Shown here piece after piece: positions 48,954 to 58,631 of a stretch of DNA of 64,000 bases. Location: the IMG/VR virus record IMGVR_UViG_3300010885_049703, positions 32,001 to 96,000 of that record; one strand, written 5' to 3'. The stretch comes from a virus. The translations under genes were made by a program, and so were the position numbers. Position 1 is the stretch's first letter. Every line of letters starts with the position of its first letter. Under the pieces are notes generated by a model. It did no database searches, was not told the origin of the DNA, and was given only the letters and a program-made list of their open reading frames with translations.

Positions 48954-49309
48954 GTGCCGAGATTTTGTATATATTTTGCTAAGTCCCCGTACAATGCTGC
49001 CATCATTGCTTCGCGACTACCAAAAAACACAATGGTACGTTTTGGCCCAATGTAGTAAGGCATGGTGATACTGCGATCCAACTTCAACAGCATCAACTTG
49101 GTGAGAGGTTGTTTGGTTGGCAACTCATGAGTATAACATTCTAACTCAGCATGATCACGAAATGCAATCACTCCAGCGTCAGTAAGACGTAGACCACCTT
49201 CGGCACGTAGATTTTGCCACCAATGCAGCATGGCATGGTCAACCGATATCTGATGTTCAGCAGGAATTACTTCTAAAACTCGTTGAGTGATTTCAGCCCG
49301 TCGTGCCAT
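48950..49309 (-). CDS. hypothetical phage protein
   Basis: start MARRAE; WWQNLR.EGGLRLT. Confidence 0.6.
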   Translation of the reverse strand: MARRAEITQRVLEVIPAEHQISVDHAMLHWWQNLRAEGGLRLTDAGVIAFRDHAELECYTHELPTKQPLTKLMLLKLDRSITMPYYIGPKRTIVFFGSREAMMAALYGDLAKYIQNLGT

Positions 49310-49595
49310 TGGGAAAAATCCTTTCCCCAGCCGTGAGTAACACCACTGAGAATTTGTCAGTTTTGAATTGCGTGTTGAGCTTTCGAGCCAAGTTAATGGC
49401 ATGTCCTGGATTTGAGAAACTTACTTTTTTATACTTGGGGCCAGGAAATTGCTGCAACATGTTTGAAGTTTTGAGATTAATTGGAGCACTATCAAAGAAC
49501 ACAGCCCAAATACCATCAGACGCCAACACCTGCTCAGTTTTGTAAGTGGTCTTGTTGGTGAGTTCAACTAATACTTGAGGTTTAGGTCTAGACAA
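49293..49595 (-). CDS. hypothetical phage protein
   Basis: TTG start after GGAG; SRPKP..YKKVSFSNPGHAINLA. Confidence 0.65.
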   Translation of the reverse strand: MSRPKPQVLVELTNKTTYKTEQVLASDGIWAVFFDSAPINLKTSNMLQQFPGPKYKKVSFSNPGHAINLARKLNTQFKTDKFSVVLLTAGERIFPNGTTG

Positions 49596-49646
49596 CGGAA
49601 TCTCCAATAATATAACGCTATTATTTAGTCCGTAATCTAAGCAGTT

Positions 49647-49850
49647 TTAGAACGAGCCGCCTGTGAACTCTACCTGTATGGCTTCTTGCTTTTTGTCTGC
49701 TTGTTCACGTAGTTCCTGAACTTGCAACAGTAACTTGGTTATGTCAGCATGTAGATCTTTGGCATCCTGCATGGGCATTGAGAATTCCCGAGCAGTCCGT
49801 GATTCGTGTGCTTTGATGCGATCTACAAAACGATTGATGTGTAAACTCAT
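49647..49850 (-). CDS. hypothetical protein
   Basis: ATGA-coupled small ORF. Confidence 0.6.
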   Translation of the reverse strand: MSLHINRFVDRIKAHESRTAREFSMPMQDAKDLHADITKLLLQVQELREQADKKQEAIQVEFTGGSF

Positions 49851-50281
49851 TGTGCTTGTTCCTTGGTTTTAAATGGACCTCGATAAGTGTATCGTTGCAG
49901 TGTGATAAGTTTGGGATTTTGTACTACTTCCCAGCTGCGATTTTGCTGTATTAGATACCAACCGGCCGCATACCATGATTTTGATTTGCGTGTTTTGGTA
50001 AACAGTGGTAATTGCTTTCGAACTTCAAAAATACCATTGTAGGCTCGGCAGTCAGTACGAAACCCATAGATTTCATCTTGTGCAGGTCTAGCTGTTTTAA
50101 CTGCAGGTTCGAAGTCAATGCCCACACGCTGACGAATCATTCGCATGGATTTAAAACTATGTGTTTGATTATTGATCTTTACCTGAAAGCCATTGTCAGT
50201 GGCTTGAATGTTACCTATTTTTTCATCATTGTGTCGCAGTATCCAGTACTGATTGGGTATCACGGGTTTGGCTATTATCAT
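49847..50281 (-). CDS. hypothetical phage protein
   Basis: IAKPVIPNQYWIL..LPLFTKTRKSKSWYAAGWY. Confidence 0.65.
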   Translation of the reverse strand: MIIAKPVIPNQYWILRHNDEKIGNIQATDNGFQVKINNQTHSFKSMRMIRQRVGIDFEPAVKTARPAQDEIYGFRTDCRAYNGIFEVRKQLPLFTKTRKSKSWYAAGWYLIQQNRSWEVVQNPKLITLQRYTYRGPFKTKEQAQ

Positions 50282-51275
50282 CAAGAACTCCTTTGTATGT
50301 AGCATTGAGCCATTGAGCGTACTGCTCAGCTGACTCAGATATCTTTAGTAAGTCGTAGCGTCCACAAAATTTCATAAAACGCACACCTACTTGCCCGATG
50401 TCTCGGTGTGAAATCTGCTGGGCAATGGCCTGATCCACTTTGGTTTTAATCTCTATGGGTTGGGCAGTTAAATCAACCAATGCAACGTTGCGATTATAGT
50501 CATCCAACACACGATGCTCTGCACCGTGATGATCTGCCCACTTCTGCAACATTAAATTGTTCCACGCATAGCCTTTGGTATTACGATCCGCATAGGCCTC
50601 TTGGAGCCCAACTTTGTTCTTAGTGCCTTTGGTCCTAACCCCTGGATACGCTGAAAATACATTATCCGACGCATCGCCTCGCATACATTTTTCAAAGAGA
50701 AGCCACGAAGGATCTGGAACTATTTTTGGTGCTTTGGTTTTTTTGTCAATAATCTGTTTGCCCTTGGCATCAAAAATTCCTTCTAATGTGATGAGCTCGT
50801 CAGTAATGCCGTTAAACTGCTGAACGTTGGGTGCTAGAAGTTGTACAAAGTCTGTATCTGAGCTTACAATAAAATGTTGGTCTTGGGGATGTAAAGCGAT
50901 CCAGCGAGCAATAACGTCGTCAGCTTCGGCTTCGGGATGCCGTATTACCGAGCAGTTGGTCTGCTCAGCCAAGTATTTAGTGAACATATCAAATGTTTCC
51001 CAGAACAGTTGATCTTCTTCTTGTTCTTTTTCTGTCTGAGCAGCACGGGCCACAGCACGGTTCTTTTTGTAGGGCTCGTAGAAATCCTTGCGCCAACTGC
51101 GCCCCTCCAGTGCGAATATCACGTGATCAGCAGAGAATTTTCTATGGACTTTGTTGATTGCTGCCAGTGTGATGTGCAAAGCATAGCCTACTTTTTCTTC
51201 GGCACTGGTGGCACGAAAAGCCACGTGTCGGGCACGAAAGAACATGTTGGCAGTATCAATGAGTAAGTATCGCAT
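50226..51275 (-). CDS. 5'-3' exonuclease, T4 RNase H-like (PIN/FEN fold)
   Basis: LLIDTAN, WRK..YK.NR, EADDVI, SSDTDF, GDASDN. Confidence 0.9.
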   Translation of the reverse strand: MRYLLIDTANMFFRARHVAFRATSAEEKVGYALHITLAAINKVHRKFSADHVIFALEGRSWRKDFYEPYKKNRAVARAAQTEKEQEEDQLFWETFDMFTKYLAEQTNCSVIRHPEAEADDVIARWIALHPQDQHFIVSSDTDFVQLLAPNVQQFNGITDELITLEGIFDAKGKQIIDKKTKAPKIVPDPSWLLFEKCMRGDASDNVFSAYPGVRTKGTKNKVGLQEAYADRNTKGYAWNNLMLQKWADHHGAEHRVLDDYNRNVALVDLTAQPIEIKTKVDQAIAQQISHRDIGQVGVRFMKFCGRYDLLKISESAEQYAQWLNATYKGVLDDNSQTRDTQSVLDTATQ

Positions 51276-51277
51276 GA

Positions 51278-51985
51278 TTAGATTATGTTGTGAGTACGTA
51301 CATATTGTAGCACATGATTGGCCCAAAAGCAATGAGCATCAGCACCAAAATGCCAACTATCAGGATTTACTGTGGCAAATCCGTTGTTTTTCAGCACATT
51401 ATTGTAGGTCTGCATAGGATCATAAGGTGCAAGGTAATGATTGCCCCAATCCTGTTGAGTTGTTATTTTGCTAAAATCCGAATTGCCATTGAACATCACA
51501 TGACGTATATTGAGCTGTTGTAGCTCTTGATGAAATTCCCAAATTTCACTATGAGCTTGTTTGGCGCATTGTTGCCAATCCACATCAGCAATGAATTGTT
51601 GGTAACGTGATTGTAGATGTTCAGGAACATGATCTATGCCTGACGCATTGACTTGGTAGTACACACCCTCGTCCAACCATTCCTCGCGTTCCCATGTTGA
51701 CCACTGTATGATCATAAAGGTGTCTTTGAGTGCTTGCGGAGTTTGCTCGGCAATCCAACTGCGTGTGGTACGCATGATGCGTTGATTTGAGCTGGCTGCT
51801 TCGGCATCGCACCAAAGTACTGCGTACAGGGCATTGGCTATTTCGCACCCATAACTCACACGTTCGTTTTCAGGATGTGGGCGTCGTCCCAAGCCCCAGA
51901 AGAATGGATCATCTTCGGCAAAGCAATGTGGATTCACTGCTTCGGCAGCAGCACTGTGACTGTCGCCATTTACGTAAATTATCAT
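51278..51985 (-). CDS. SGNH hydrolase-like protein
   Basis: VNGDSH, ASSN.RI, WHFGADAH. Confidence 0.6.
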   Translation of the reverse strand: MIIYVNGDSHSAAAEAVNPHCFAEDDPFFWGLGRRPHPENERVSYGCEIANALYAVLWCDAEAASSNQRIMRTTRSWIAEQTPQALKDTFMIIQWSTWEREEWLDEGVYYQVNASGIDHVPEHLQSRYQQFIADVDWQQCAKQAHSEIWEFHQELQQLNIRHVMFNGNSDFSKITTQQDWGNHYLAPYDPMQTYNNVLKNNGFATVNPDSWHFGADAHCFWANHVLQYVRTHNII

Positions 51986-52273
51986 TTATTTGTCATTGAT
52001 TAAATGTGTGTACTTTAACAAAAACATTGTACGCATGGGTTCACTGTAAAAGTCAAGCATGATGTTTCGCTCAACAGAATAAGGTCTTTCACCTCGTGCC
52101 TCATTGAGAAATTCTGGGTGGTCAGTATACTCTGTGTGTTCTCTTGGAGTGAATCCCAAGACTTCGCGCATCTTATCGCGAAGCATTAGCACACTGGGGG
52201 TGTTTTTATATTCTTCAGTCATGTGCTGGCGTATGATACGCCACTGCCGGGGAGTAAGTTTAATTGGCTTCAT
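51986..52273 (-). CDS. small phage protein (F.LK family)
   Basis: ends LDFYSEPMRTMFLLKY. Confidence 0.6.
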   Translation of the reverse strand: MKPIKLTPRQWRIIRQHMTEEYKNTPSVLMLRDKMREVLGFTPREHTEYTDHPEFLNEARGERPYSVERNIMLDFYSEPMRTMFLLKYTHLINDK

Positions 52274-52472
52274 TGATCACTCGCTCACTGAATCTCAACG
52301 CAAATAATAGAGCATCGTCTTTATCTTCGAACTCAAACTCCATGGCGCGACTTGTGGGATGAAACATAAATCTATTTCCAGGAAGACCAAACATTTCCAC
52401 AGTCCAACTATAAATGTCGGCATGAGTGATATGAGTATCACCTTCTCGCCAACTCAAATGTACAGCGGTCAT
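52260..52472 (-). CDS. small phage protein (F.LR family)
   Basis: ends FEFEDKDDALLFALRFS. Confidence 0.6.
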   Translation of the reverse strand: MTAVHLSWREGDTHITHADIYSWTVEMFGLPGNRFMFHPTSRAMEFEFEDKDDALLFALRFSERVINEAN

Positions 52473-52870
52473 CAGCTTACTTCACTGCGTCCGTCACCAA
52501 GGTCCTTGCTGCGAACATAGCGTTGTGGATTCATTGCTTGTTCTTGTTCATAGGTCTCTAACACTACATTGCGACATACATTTTGAAACCAACGATCAAC
52601 GATGGCAGCATCTGAGTCGTCCTTTTTCATCATGTATCCTGCACGTACCAAATTAGATATAAACTTTTCGTTCCAATCTAATTCAAAACTTCCTTGATGT
52701 AGATTTTCTGGATCAATGTCCAGGCTAAGGATAGCAATGTATGGTTCGTCTCGTTCGTTGGCAAGTTCTTTGGCTGTTTTTGGTGGCGGTGATGGTGGTG
52801 CTTTCGTGCGAGGCTCGGAAACTGGCTTTGGTGGTTTTTTTGGTTTAAAAAATTTATCTAATAATCCCAT
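52472..52870 (-). CDS. hypothetical phage protein
   Basis: GSFELDWNEKFI..IVDRWFQNVC. Confidence 0.65.
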   Translation of the reverse strand: MGLLDKFFKPKKPPKPVSEPRTKAPPSPPPKTAKELANERDEPYIAILSLDIDPENLHQGSFELDWNEKFISNLVRAGYMMKKDDSDAAIVDRWFQNVCRNVVLETYEQEQAMNPQRYVRSKDLGDGRSEVS

Positions 52871-52888
52871 GGCAATGCCCTTTTAAAT

Positions 52889-53104
52889 TTAGTTATTAGA
52901 CTCGTCGATTCGACCCCAACGTATCTTGAGCCATATTCTTTCATGAATATAATAGTCGATGCTTAATAAAATGTGCAGTGCTGTGGCAAATCCGGTGGCA
53001 CTGCTGATATCACCGGTAAACAGATATGTCCAGAAGATTGTAAATGCCCATGCTGTGATTCTATATGATACCATACGTGCTATTGTTCGTTGTTTTGTTT
53101 CCAT
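52889..53104 (-). CDS. DUF2061-like small membrane protein
   Basis: RT..R..SYR...YYIHERIW.KI.WG. Confidence 0.75.
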   Translation of the reverse strand: METKQRTIARMVSYRITAWAFTIFWTYLFTGDISSATGFATALHILLSIDYYIHERIWLKIRWGRIDESNN

Positions 53105-53277
53105 TCTTTACCCCAATTGATTTTCAACCATACACGCTCGTGTATATAATGTGCCAGGGTCATAAAAATATTGATTATAATTGCACCACTTAATCCGGTC
53201 CATGCTGCAGTAATCAATGTTGCCACCACACGCCAAGTGATTGCTCTTACTATTGTTCTTTTGTGTAATTCCATCAA
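53080..53277 (-). CDS. DUF2061-like small membrane protein
   Basis: RTIVRAITWR...HYIHERVW.KI.WG; tandem paralog. Confidence 0.75.
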   Translation of the reverse strand: MMELHKRTIVRAITWRVVATLITAAWTGLSGAIIINIFMTLAHYIHERVWLKINWGKEWKQNNEQ

Positions 53278-54143
53278 GTTCCCCAGGCGTTGCGCCAGAT
53301 ATCTACTTGTAATCTAGGACTGTATCTATAGCCACGCTTCATTGCCAACTCAGCTACCTGCGGCACATTGAAGTTGTATAAGTCAGCAACGCCGCCCGTG
53401 GGCATCAAATACACAGGACCACCAAAGCCAGCTTTGCGGAATTGATACACCGCTTCGTCAACATCTTTCAAATCATCATCAGTGGACACAACAAACTTGA
53501 GATAGGTCATGCCCACCATCTCATAACTTTTTACAACTTCGGGACGTATAGCATCTTCCCAACGCTCTCCCGAGCATGGTAGTTTTGCACTGACACTGAA
53601 AGTCAAACGATCGTAATCTCTGCCGTGTCTAGTGAATTCTTCAAACAGGTATTCTCTAACATCTTCATGCAAAAACTGAGTACCATTGGTTTCAAATGTT
53701 ATGTTACGCAAGCCTTGTTGGCGACATTTTTCGATCAGCTTGGGATATTCAACTTGATAGCCCAGCAATGGTTCACCGCCTGTGATCACCAGGTGAACAT
53801 CGTCACTGATGTTGTCTGGACTCCATTTGTTCTTGGGAATCATGCCATGCATACGATCAGCGATTTCATCCAAGGTCATAAACGGTGACAGATGTTTGAA
53901 TGCCGGATGCCATGACGCATAACTGTCACAGCCTGTTCGTGCCAGCGGCAAGTCGTTGTAGGTTTTGTAAAGATGTACGTCGGCAGCAATTTCGTCGGGT
54001 TCAGTGGTCTTCTCACCACGCGGTAAGCCAAATCCACGACACTGAAAGTTACACCCAAATGTACGCATGAAAACGCTGGGCACACCAGCCCAACGTCCTT
54101 CACCTTGTAGACTATAAAATATTTCAGCTATTTTAAGTTGCAT
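53274..54143 (-). CDS. queE: 7-carboxy-7-deazaguanine synthase
   Basis: EIFYSLQGEG..G.PSVFMRTFGCNFQC..(insert)..CDS, ITGGEPL, ETNG, PRLQ. Confidence 0.9.
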   Translation of the reverse strand: MQLKIAEIFYSLQGEGRWAGVPSVFMRTFGCNFQCRGFGLPRGEKTTEPDEIAADVHLYKTYNDLPLARTGCDSYASWHPAFKHLSPFMTLDEIADRMHGMIPKNKWSPDNISDDVHLVITGGEPLLGYQVEYPKLIEKCRQQGLRNITFETNGTQFLHEDVREYLFEEFTRHGRDYDRLTFSVSAKLPCSGERWEDAIRPEVVKSYEMVGMTYLKFVVSTDDDLKDVDEAVYQFRKAGFGGPVYLMPTGGVADLYNFNVPQVAELAMKRGYRYSPRLQVDIWRNAWGT

Positions 54144-54167
54144 GATATTCCTTGAAAGTTTTGTGCG

Positions 54168-54196
54168 AGTATAGCACAAGAAATAAAATTAGTCAA
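54168..54196 (-). promoter_or_regulatory. sigma70-type promoter of queE
   Basis: TTGACT-17 nt-TATACT. Confidence 0.65.
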
Positions 54197-54563
54197 TGTC
54201 TTTTAAGAAAGGTTTTAATTTGGGAGGTTTCCAACCTTCAGGTTTGAGAACTTTGCCATCCTTGCGCTTGTTGACCTTACCAGTTTCTGAATCAATTTTG
54301 GCAAAGTTTGTTTGCATGACTTCGTTCCAGGCAGCTTCGGCATCTACTCCCATGCTGTGCAATGCTCCGGTGGTCACTACCAACAGATCAATCAATGCAT
54401 CCAATTGTTCCACTCGGTCTGCTGCCTGAACAGCTTCTTTGAGTTCATGCCATTCTTCTTTGATGAGATTCACATACATACGATACTGCTTGGGTTTGAA
54501 TTCATCTACTGTTTGATCACATGCCAGCATGAATCGTTTTTGATCTTCAAAAATATTTGTCAT
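54189..54563 (-). CDS. MazG-like (PRA-PH-like) NTP pyrophosphohydrolase
   Basis: LIKEEWHEL..DALID..EV..NFAK..KDGKVLKP. Confidence 0.85.
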   Translation of the reverse strand: MTNIFEDQKRFMLACDQTVDEFKPKQYRMYVNLIKEEWHELKEAVQAADRVEQLDALIDLLVVTTGALHSMGVDAEAAWNEVMQTNFAKIDSETGKVNKRKDGKVLKPEGWKPPKLKPFLKDID

Positions 54564-55108
54564 TTAGTCCACCATTGTTCCCAGGGAAATACAATCCATT
54601 GCGGATCTGCCGCTTTATTAATGTTACATGCGGTATAATTAACATCAAGTTTGCTTTCACTTGATTCGTTGTCAACTAGTGTGGCCACACGTACATTTGT
54701 GCCCCATATGTGATTCCACCTATCATGATTGGGCAAGCAACCGCTGGGCCAATCTTGTTGAATCCAGTTCAGTGTGGCACCGGTGTCGTTGATATCATCA
54801 ACTATGAGTATGTTTTTGGCGTTGATACTATAATCAAATTCTGCCAACAACTGTTCATCCTTGGGAACGTATCCAAACGCATCTTCGGCCATCCATAAAT
54901 TGCTTTCCGATTCATTGCCATCGCGCAGACTCACTTTGAGTGTCTCCATGCGCACTCCCAGGTATTGACTGATGAGATTGGCCGGAACAAGTCCACCACG
55001 AGTAATACCCACTACATAGTCAGGTCGCCAGCTGTCGTTGTGAATCTGTCTGATAATCTCCTGTGTGAAGTTTTCTACATCACGCCAGGTGTAGTATACC
55101 CGTTTCAT
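54560..55108 (-). CDS. purine phosphoribosyltransferase (Gpt-like type I PRTase)
   Basis: VGITRGGLVPA, ILIVDDINDTGAT (PRPP loop), WIVFPWE. Confidence 0.88.
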   Translation of the reverse strand: MKRVYYTWRDVENFTQEIIRQIHNDSWRPDYVVGITRGGLVPANLISQYLGVRMETLKVSLRDGNESESNLWMAEDAFGYVPKDEQLLAEFDYSINAKNILIVDDINDTGATLNWIQQDWPSGCLPNHDRWNHIWGTNVRVATLVDNESSESKLDVNYTACNINKAADPQWIVFPWEQWWTK

Positions 55109-55893
55109 AGTTTCCTTGCTTTGATTAATAAATGCCAACCCAGATATTCTTTCACTGCATCACGCATGGTATCACTCATGGCAGCAAACCAAGGTTCCAA
55201 TTCATAGCGACCTTCGCGGTATGCTGGTATGTTATACATAAAACAGTGATCCTGCCTAATACGTTCTATTTCAAACTGACCATTGAGCATCTGATAAATT
55301 TCACCTCTAGTAAATGCTTCGGCGTATGGACATTCAGCCTGTGCTTCAAACTGATCCAGCCCCTTTTGAATCATTGCATACTTCCAGGAGTTTTTAGCAT
55401 ACACCATAAAACGGAACTCGCCCCCAGGTGCCACTAAACTGTGAATCTCTTGAATGTGTTGTGCAATATTGGGTGAATGATGTATGACACCATAACTGTA
55501 CACAAGATCAAACTTGCCAAGATTTTCTATTGCTGTTGCATCATCTGGATCAAGTAAATTGATATTGCGGAAATCGCCATGTAAATCTAGAGTTTGGAAT
55601 CGGTCACGACAGATGTTTAAACTAGCATCACTGATATCAATGCCTGTGTATTCAGCACCGTGACGCACAAACTGTTCAGCGTCAGTTCCAATACCACACC
55701 CAATCTCCAACACCCGCTTGCCTTGCCAGCGATGAAACTGTGCAAAGTCAAGTATGTGTGGCTCTACACGATAACGACGTGCAGTGACTTCTTCAAAGTA
55801 CTCTACCGAACCCAAGGGTCGTTGACTGTGACGAATGTTGCAGGGTTGGCGATCCCAATAGGATTTTATTTTTTCTTCAAGTTGTTGAGACAT
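55105..55893 (-). CDS. class I SAM-dependent methyltransferase
   Basis: VLEIGCGIG, GIDIS, FDLVYSYGVIHH. Confidence 0.9.
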   Translation of the reverse strand: MSQQLEEKIKSYWDRQPCNIRHSQRPLGSVEYFEEVTARRYRVEPHILDFAQFHRWQGKRVLEIGCGIGTDAEQFVRHGAEYTGIDISDASLNICRDRFQTLDLHGDFRNINLLDPDDATAIENLGKFDLVYSYGVIHHSPNIAQHIQEIHSLVAPGGEFRFMVYAKNSWKYAMIQKGLDQFEAQAECPYAEAFTRGEIYQMLNGQFEIERIRQDHCFMYNIPAYREGRYELEPWFAAMSDTMRDAVKEYLGWHLLIKARKL

Positions 55894-56743
55894 TAACTGA
55901 TCCTGATGACATATTGACTTCTCTTTTAGTTGTAGTCATTTGCTTGTTGATGTCGTTAGCTTCAAGTTTTTCCCAGGGATTCTGTTGGTTGATCTTGACA
56001 TTCTCCCAAAAAGTAGTATCTATGCCCTTTGATTTCAAATAGCCGGCAATTTTTTCAGTGTCTGACATTCTATGATTAAACCATTTGACACTATGAAAAT
56101 CTTCGGGACTGTCAGGCTTACCCTCCAGCATTGGACGATTCTTAAATGTTTCATCATGGTTGTTGCCGGTGAGATCGTACCGATCATGCTCAACCCACAC
56201 TGGAATACGCTCCAGGATGTCCACCATGTATGCGATTTGACTCATCCAAGCGTCACTGATCTGATGTGGACTCATATATCCAAACATATCAAGCCAGTCT
56301 CTGGGAATAATTGGAAAAATACTGTAAGGATGTTCTCTATGAGTATGCACAGCCAATAACTTGAATTGACCTTGATACTTCATAATTTCTACATTCCAGC
56401 CTTGACTTTGCATCACAGCATCATCATTCCAGAACATTAACCATGCGGCATCGCTGTTTTTAGCTAGTTCTGTAACGTACTCATTAAGTCTAATATACCC
56501 CATGGGTTCAAAGCTCATTGCAGTATAATGTACACCTCGATCATCTAACAATGGTTGTAAAGATTCTTCCCAGTGTTTGATACCAACTTCGTCATCGTCA
56601 TCAAAGCCCAGGATAATTTGTATTGTTGATAGGTCTTGAACACGATTAATTAAACTCATTATACTGCGTGTCAGCGTCATTGTGCGCCCGCGAGTGGGCA
56701 ACAAAACTGCTATGTCATACTCATATGAATGTTGTTTTTCCAT
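55877..56743 (-). CDS. GT-A (family 2-like) glycosyltransferase
   Basis: IAVLLPTRGR, GFDDDD, WNDD. Confidence 0.7.
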   Translation of the reverse strand: MEKQHSYEYDIAVLLPTRGRTMTLTRSIMSLINRVQDLSTIQIILGFDDDDEVGIKHWEESLQPLLDDRGVHYTAMSFEPMGYIRLNEYVTELAKNSDAAWLMFWNDDAVMQSQGWNVEIMKYQGQFKLLAVHTHREHPYSIFPIIPRDWLDMFGYMSPHQISDAWMSQIAYMVDILERIPVWVEHDRYDLTGNNHDETFKNRPMLEGKPDSPEDFHSVKWFNHRMSDTEKIAGYLKSKGIDTTFWENVKINQQNPWEKLEANDINKQMTTTKREVNMSSGSVNVSTT

Positions 56744-56757
56744 TTATTCCTCAAATA

Positions 56758-57255
56758 TTATGCAAATAAGTCTTCGTTCCAATGTCTATGTCCCTCGCGG
56801 AAAGCCATGTTACTTTGTGTTTCACGTACTTCTACTCGATAACACCACAAACGTTCTGCTTCACCAGGTCCCCACATATCTGGAATATACACTCCATTGA
56901 CATACTTGTAAAGCATATCGGCTAGCCCCTCGCAGCCTAATCGTGGAAGAATGGTGAGTTTGGCCATGTTACGCTGTTGTAACAGTTTAAATGTCTCCAA
57001 TTCTGGATCATCTTGTGCAACTAACAAGGTGTGATCAAACTGATCTTCTAAAATCTTCTTTAGTTCTTTGAGTCCACCGTAGTCAGCAGCCCAATTGCGC
57101 ACATCTAAGTTATCGGTACCAAAGTAAAACTTCATGCTGAATGCATAGCCATGTATTAGATTGCAGTGGCTATCAGCACGCCATTGCCGGTAGGCACAGG
57201 GAAAGGCATTGTGGTATTCTTTGGTACTAGTATAATTGTATGTAACAGATTGCAT
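56758..57255 (-). CDS. queD: 6-carboxytetrahydropterin synthase-like
   Basis: HCNLIHGY, DYGGLK, FDH, VEVRET. Confidence 0.85.
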   Translation of the reverse strand: MQSVTYNYTSTKEYHNAFPCAYRQWRADSHCNLIHGYAFSMKFYFGTDNLDVRNWAADYGGLKELKKILEDQFDHTLLVAQDDPELETFKLLQQRNMAKLTILPRLGCEGLADMLYKYVNGVYIPDMWGPGEAERLWCYRVEVRETQSNMAFREGHRHWNEDLFA

Positions 57256-57258
57256 TGT

Positions 57259-57326
57259 TTTCTCCTATAAGTTAATATAGGCTTGCAGAGTTTGTATAGC
57301 GGGATGAATGCTCTAAAGGCCGCTGT
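57259..57326 (-). promoter_or_regulatory. preQ1-I-like riboswitch candidate with SD-sequestering hairpin
   Basis: AGCGG-loop(..CAUC)-CCGCU-AUACAAAC-UCUG, then CCUAUA/UAUAGG hairpin over AGGAG. Confidence 0.55.
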
Positions 57327-57335
57327 TGAAAACTA

Positions 57336-58025
57336 TTATATATGGTTTTCTCGGACTTTGTCTACATTATAGGTAAACACAGTTAGATATTTTTTATAAT
57401 GATGTTCGCTGCTACTGCAATGGAGTTGAGTACGATCCCAAGAAATCACATCGCCAAGATTCCAATCAACGATTTGTTCTATAGTCAGTCCGTGTAAATC
57501 TTCTATGGGCATATAGCTCAGATAGTCATGATATGTTTTTTCATCAAATTGATGATCGTTTATATTAACCACTTGACTATAATCAGCAACAGTACCCTGA
57601 GCTAATCCCAAAACATTTGATGCACGATCAATGGATTGTTTGAGATCAAGTCTTGAAAACTTAGTACTGGCACCAAACCAATAGTTATCAAAAAACACGG
57701 TTGATGCTTTTGGGGAGAAATCCAACGGTATTAAAAAAGATGGTCCCAAACATTCAGCAGACCACTCACGATGTGAATCCACATGTACTTTTTGATTATA
57801 CGAACGTTGATAGAAGAAAATTAATTCATCGACTGCCCAATTAAAATTTGCCAACTTGTTGATAATATCAGTAACTATTTGTTGTGGCCATTCGTCAACA
57901 TCCCAGTGAGGATGCTTGCTTGACATAGTGGGACGATGATCCCAAGGACCATCTTCCTGATCAAAATAATTTTTAAGACTAGCAATATCTTCCGGGGATA
58001 CTATATCCTTGTACACTTTAGCCAT
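57336..58025 (-). CDS. 2OG-Fe(II) oxygenase-like protein
   Basis: HVD...WDRTQLHCS...K facial-triad pattern. Confidence 0.55.
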   Translation of the reverse strand: MAKVYKDIVSPEDIASLKNYFDQEDGPWDHRPTMSSKHPHWDVDEWPQQIVTDIINKLANFNWAVDELIFFYQRSYNQKVHVDSHREWSAECLGPSFLIPLDFSPKASTVFFDNYWFGASTKFSRLDLKQSIDRASNVLGLAQGTVADYSQVVNINDHQFDEKTYHDYLSYMPIEDLHGLTIEQIVDWNLGDVISWDRTQLHCSSSEHHYKKYLTVFTYNVDKVRENHI

Positions 58026-58449
58026 TGGGATTTTTATAACCTTCTCGTTTATAATTGGCCTGTCCAGCGATTACACCACGTACCCCGCCAACAGGATCTT
58101 CGCAGTCTCCATGACGTCGGGGTATCAGATGTACATGTGGATACATCACAGTTTGCCCGGCAGCCTCGCCAAAGTTAATACCAATGTTAAATCCATCACA
58201 TTCACCTTGCTCAACCAATTTGTTGCCATGGGTTGTAGCCGAATACACTGCCTCATTGATAGTACTCACGGTATTATATCTCGGAACAAATAGTAAATGT
58301 CCTGGAGTAACTGGATAGCGATCACGATATACTACTACATGAAAATCTTCCCATACAACATCATCCCATGGTGCAATACTTTGTTTTTGAGCTTGTTCTA
58401 AATTATTCACACCAGTCATCGCTTTCCATGTAAACAGATGCTTGTTCAC
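58018..58449 (-). CDS. HIT family nucleotide hydrolase
   Basis: YPVTPGHLL, AGQTVMYPHVHLIPRR; start uncertain. Confidence 0.9.
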   Translation of the reverse strand: MNKHLFTWKAMTGVNNLEQAQKQSIAPWDDVVWEDFHVVVYRDRYPVTPGHLLFVPRYNTVSTINEAVYSATTHGNKLVEQGECDGFNIGINFGEAAGQTVMYPHVHLIPRRHGDCEDPVGGVRGVIAGQANYKREGYKNPNG

Positions 58450-58630
58450 GAGCAGATTCTATGCTTTCTGCAACAACAGTGAGAGTAGCAACACCGTGTT
58501 TGATATGAATGTCAAACGGCACACGGCCCATGGGCAACCAACCATCGTCAACTCGCAAACGAACTTTGTAGCTACGCATTTGTTGTGCTCGGCTTATGAT
58601 TTCTTGAGTATAGTCGGCTGCTGTTTTCAT
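58403..58630 (-). CDS. hypothetical protein
   Basis: small ORF in operon. Confidence 0.55.
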   Translation of the reverse strand: MKTAADYTQEIISRAQQMRSYKVRLRVDDGWLPMGRVPFDIHIKHGVATLTVVAESIESAREQASVYMESDDWCE

Positions 58631-58631
58631 A

